Virus record (IMG/VR): IMGVR_UViG_3300028384_001500
Coordinates: 1 to 64,000 of that record
Reading direction: 5' to 3' (one strand)
Length of the DNA stretch: 64,000 nt
The position numbers and the translations under genes were made by a program. Shown here piece by piece: positions 62,968-64,000 of the stretch (within the stretch, counting starts at the first letter, position 1; each line of letters begins with the position of its first letter). The notes beneath the pieces are model-generated. The model saw only the letters and a list, made by a program, of their open reading frames with translations, searched no databases and had not been told where the DNA came from.

Positions 62968-63305
62968 TATTCCCCCTTTAAACTGTATTTCTCCTTTAAG
63001 ATTTTATCAAGTTCTTCAGGATTGTTTTCTAATTCTTTTTGACGTTCTTCTTTATTTTCAGCGATTTTTTCAATATCTTCACGAAATTTCTCTTCCGCTT
63101 CTGATCGCTTAGATATAAATTCTTTGTAAGACTTTTTCTGCTCTTCATTAACTTTCTGATCGCGTTCTGCTTTAGCCTTACTGTCACCTTTTTCTACCTT
63201 TTCTATACTATCTCTTTTTTTGGAAGCAGCAATTGCAATAATTGCAAGTATGCCGCCGATAATCCACTGCCATTGATCTTTTAGCCAATTCATTAGCCTT
63301 TCCAT
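62967..63305 (-). CDS. i-spanin-like protein (N-terminal TM plus coiled coil)
   Basis: WQWIIGGILAIIAIAA followed by a charged coiled coil. Confidence 0.5.
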   Translation of the reverse strand: MERLMNWLKDQWQWIIGGILAIIAIAASKKRDSIEKVEKGDSKAKAERDQKVNEEQKKSYKEFISKRSEAEEKFREDIEKIAENKEERQKELENNPEELDKILKEKYSLKGE

Positions 63306-63562
63306 ATTTTTGCAAAATCAATTGCAGATTGGCCACCAATATACATCATAGCAATCATTCCCCAGGTATCAGCATCTAGCCCTGAGTAAACTAAAAGTGC
63401 TGTTGCTGTGGCAAATACTAATAATTTTCTAGATATTACTTTTTCTTGTAGCCCATCTAACAAGCCTTTTGACTTACTTTCAAGATAAAAGTCTTTTTTG
63501 AATTTTTCTACCTTATCTTCAGGTAACTTATTAACTGCTTCTTTAATTTCTTCTAAGCTCAT
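63293..63562 (-). CDS. Holin-like protein
   Basis: ISRKLLVF..two short TM helices..YIGGQSAID. Confidence 0.6.
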   Translation of the reverse strand: MSLEEIKEAVNKLPEDKVEKFKKDFYLESKSKGLLDGLQEKVISRKLLVFATATALLVYSGLDADTWGMIAMMYIGGQSAIDFAKIWKG

Positions 63563-63563
63563 G

Positions 63564-63833
63564 CTAATCCTCGTCTTCTATCATATTAAATATACTTTCA
63601 ACATCTGATTTACTAAAACTTTTATTTGATTTTTGCTTCTTTTCTTCGACAACATCATCTAAAAACTTTAACATTTTATTGTCTTCAATTTCAATTCTCT
63701 TTGCAAAAGCTTCAACAACTTCTTGCATTGATAGGCTTCTTGCTGCACAAGCCATTTTTAGAGCTGTGTGGCTGTCTTTTGTCAGGCTAAAATGAACTGA
63801 CTTTTTAACAAGAACATTATATTTTGAAGACAT
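63564..63833 (-). CDS. Ribbon-helix-helix DNA-binding protein
   Basis: KKSVHFSL strand, KDSHTALKMACAA helix, SMQEVVEAF helix. Confidence 0.7.
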   Translation of the reverse strand: MSSKYNVLVKKSVHFSLTKDSHTALKMACAARSLSMQEVVEAFAKRIEIEDNKMLKFLDDVVEEKKQKSNKSFSKSDVESIFNMIEDED

Positions 63834-63834
63834 A

Positions 63835-64000
63835 TTAACCCCCTACAGATCCTGCGCCGGCAGGATTTGCACCCACAGCTAATGGTACATCTTCTGCATA
63901 ATCTACGTCAAACTCTTCAACAGTAATACCAAATTGTTCTTCAAGGATATCTAGATAGGCTGATACAAATCTATCACCATAGTTTTCATCAAGAAAGTTT
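63835..64000 (-). CDS. Partial CDS (C-terminus; starts beyond the window)
   Basis: Open frame NFLDENYGDRF...GAGSVGG* running off the right edge. Confidence 0.6.
   Translation of the reverse strand, partial: NFLDENYGDRFVSAYLDILEEQFGITVEEFDVDYAEDVPLAVGANPAGAGSVGG

Noticed and set aside
1-64000. Bacterial chromosome or eukaryotic giant virus origin
   Set aside because: GroEL, rpsU, ssrA and cysK lack their usual operon context and sit among orphans and phage-type genes. Shine-Dalgarno sites, a sigma factor and a holin-like gene argue against a eukaryotic virus.
1-64000. Stop-codon reassignment
   Set aside because: Known enzymes are full length in the standard code, TGA/TAA/TAG all end genes at sensible positions, and no suppressor tRNA is seen.
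1-64000. CRISPR array or rRNA
   Set aside because: No regularly spaced repeat-spacer series and no rRNA-like conserved blocks were seen.

Overview
This 64 kb window is an AT-rich, gene-dense segment of a jumbo (huge) tailed bacteriophage, read in the standard genetic code and almost entirely on the minus strand. It contains a tRNA cluster (Lys-UUU, fMet, Arg-UCU split by a 211-nt trnL-type group I intron, Leu-UAA, plus a 103-nt tRNA-like RNA) and a complete tmRNA followed by a Vsr-like homing endonuclease and a displaced tmRNA 3' end. DNA metabolism genes include a photolyase-like protein, RadA-like ATPase, DEDDh exonuclease, ATP-dependent ligase, ThyX, DinG-like helicase and 5'-3' exonuclease. 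Host-like genes include bS21, CysK, Nudix, VOC, pterin dehydratase, Hsp20 and GroEL. There is also a two-kinase/one-receiver two-component module and a probable lysis cassette. The most unusual signals are: (i) a sigma70 factor apparently split into two adjacent genes (regions 1.2-4.1, and a separate region-4.2-like HTH), alongside two recurrent promoter-like motifs (nTGTAA-N17-TAnnnT and ATAnTTA); (ii) about 20 otherwise unrelated proteins sharing a basic amphipathic N-terminal leader (MKITRRQLRRLIxE-like) that resembles a capsid-targeting, protease-cleaved signal, with cargo including a kinase-like protein and a HAD phosphatase. All functional calls come from motif recognition by eye; no database searches were run.
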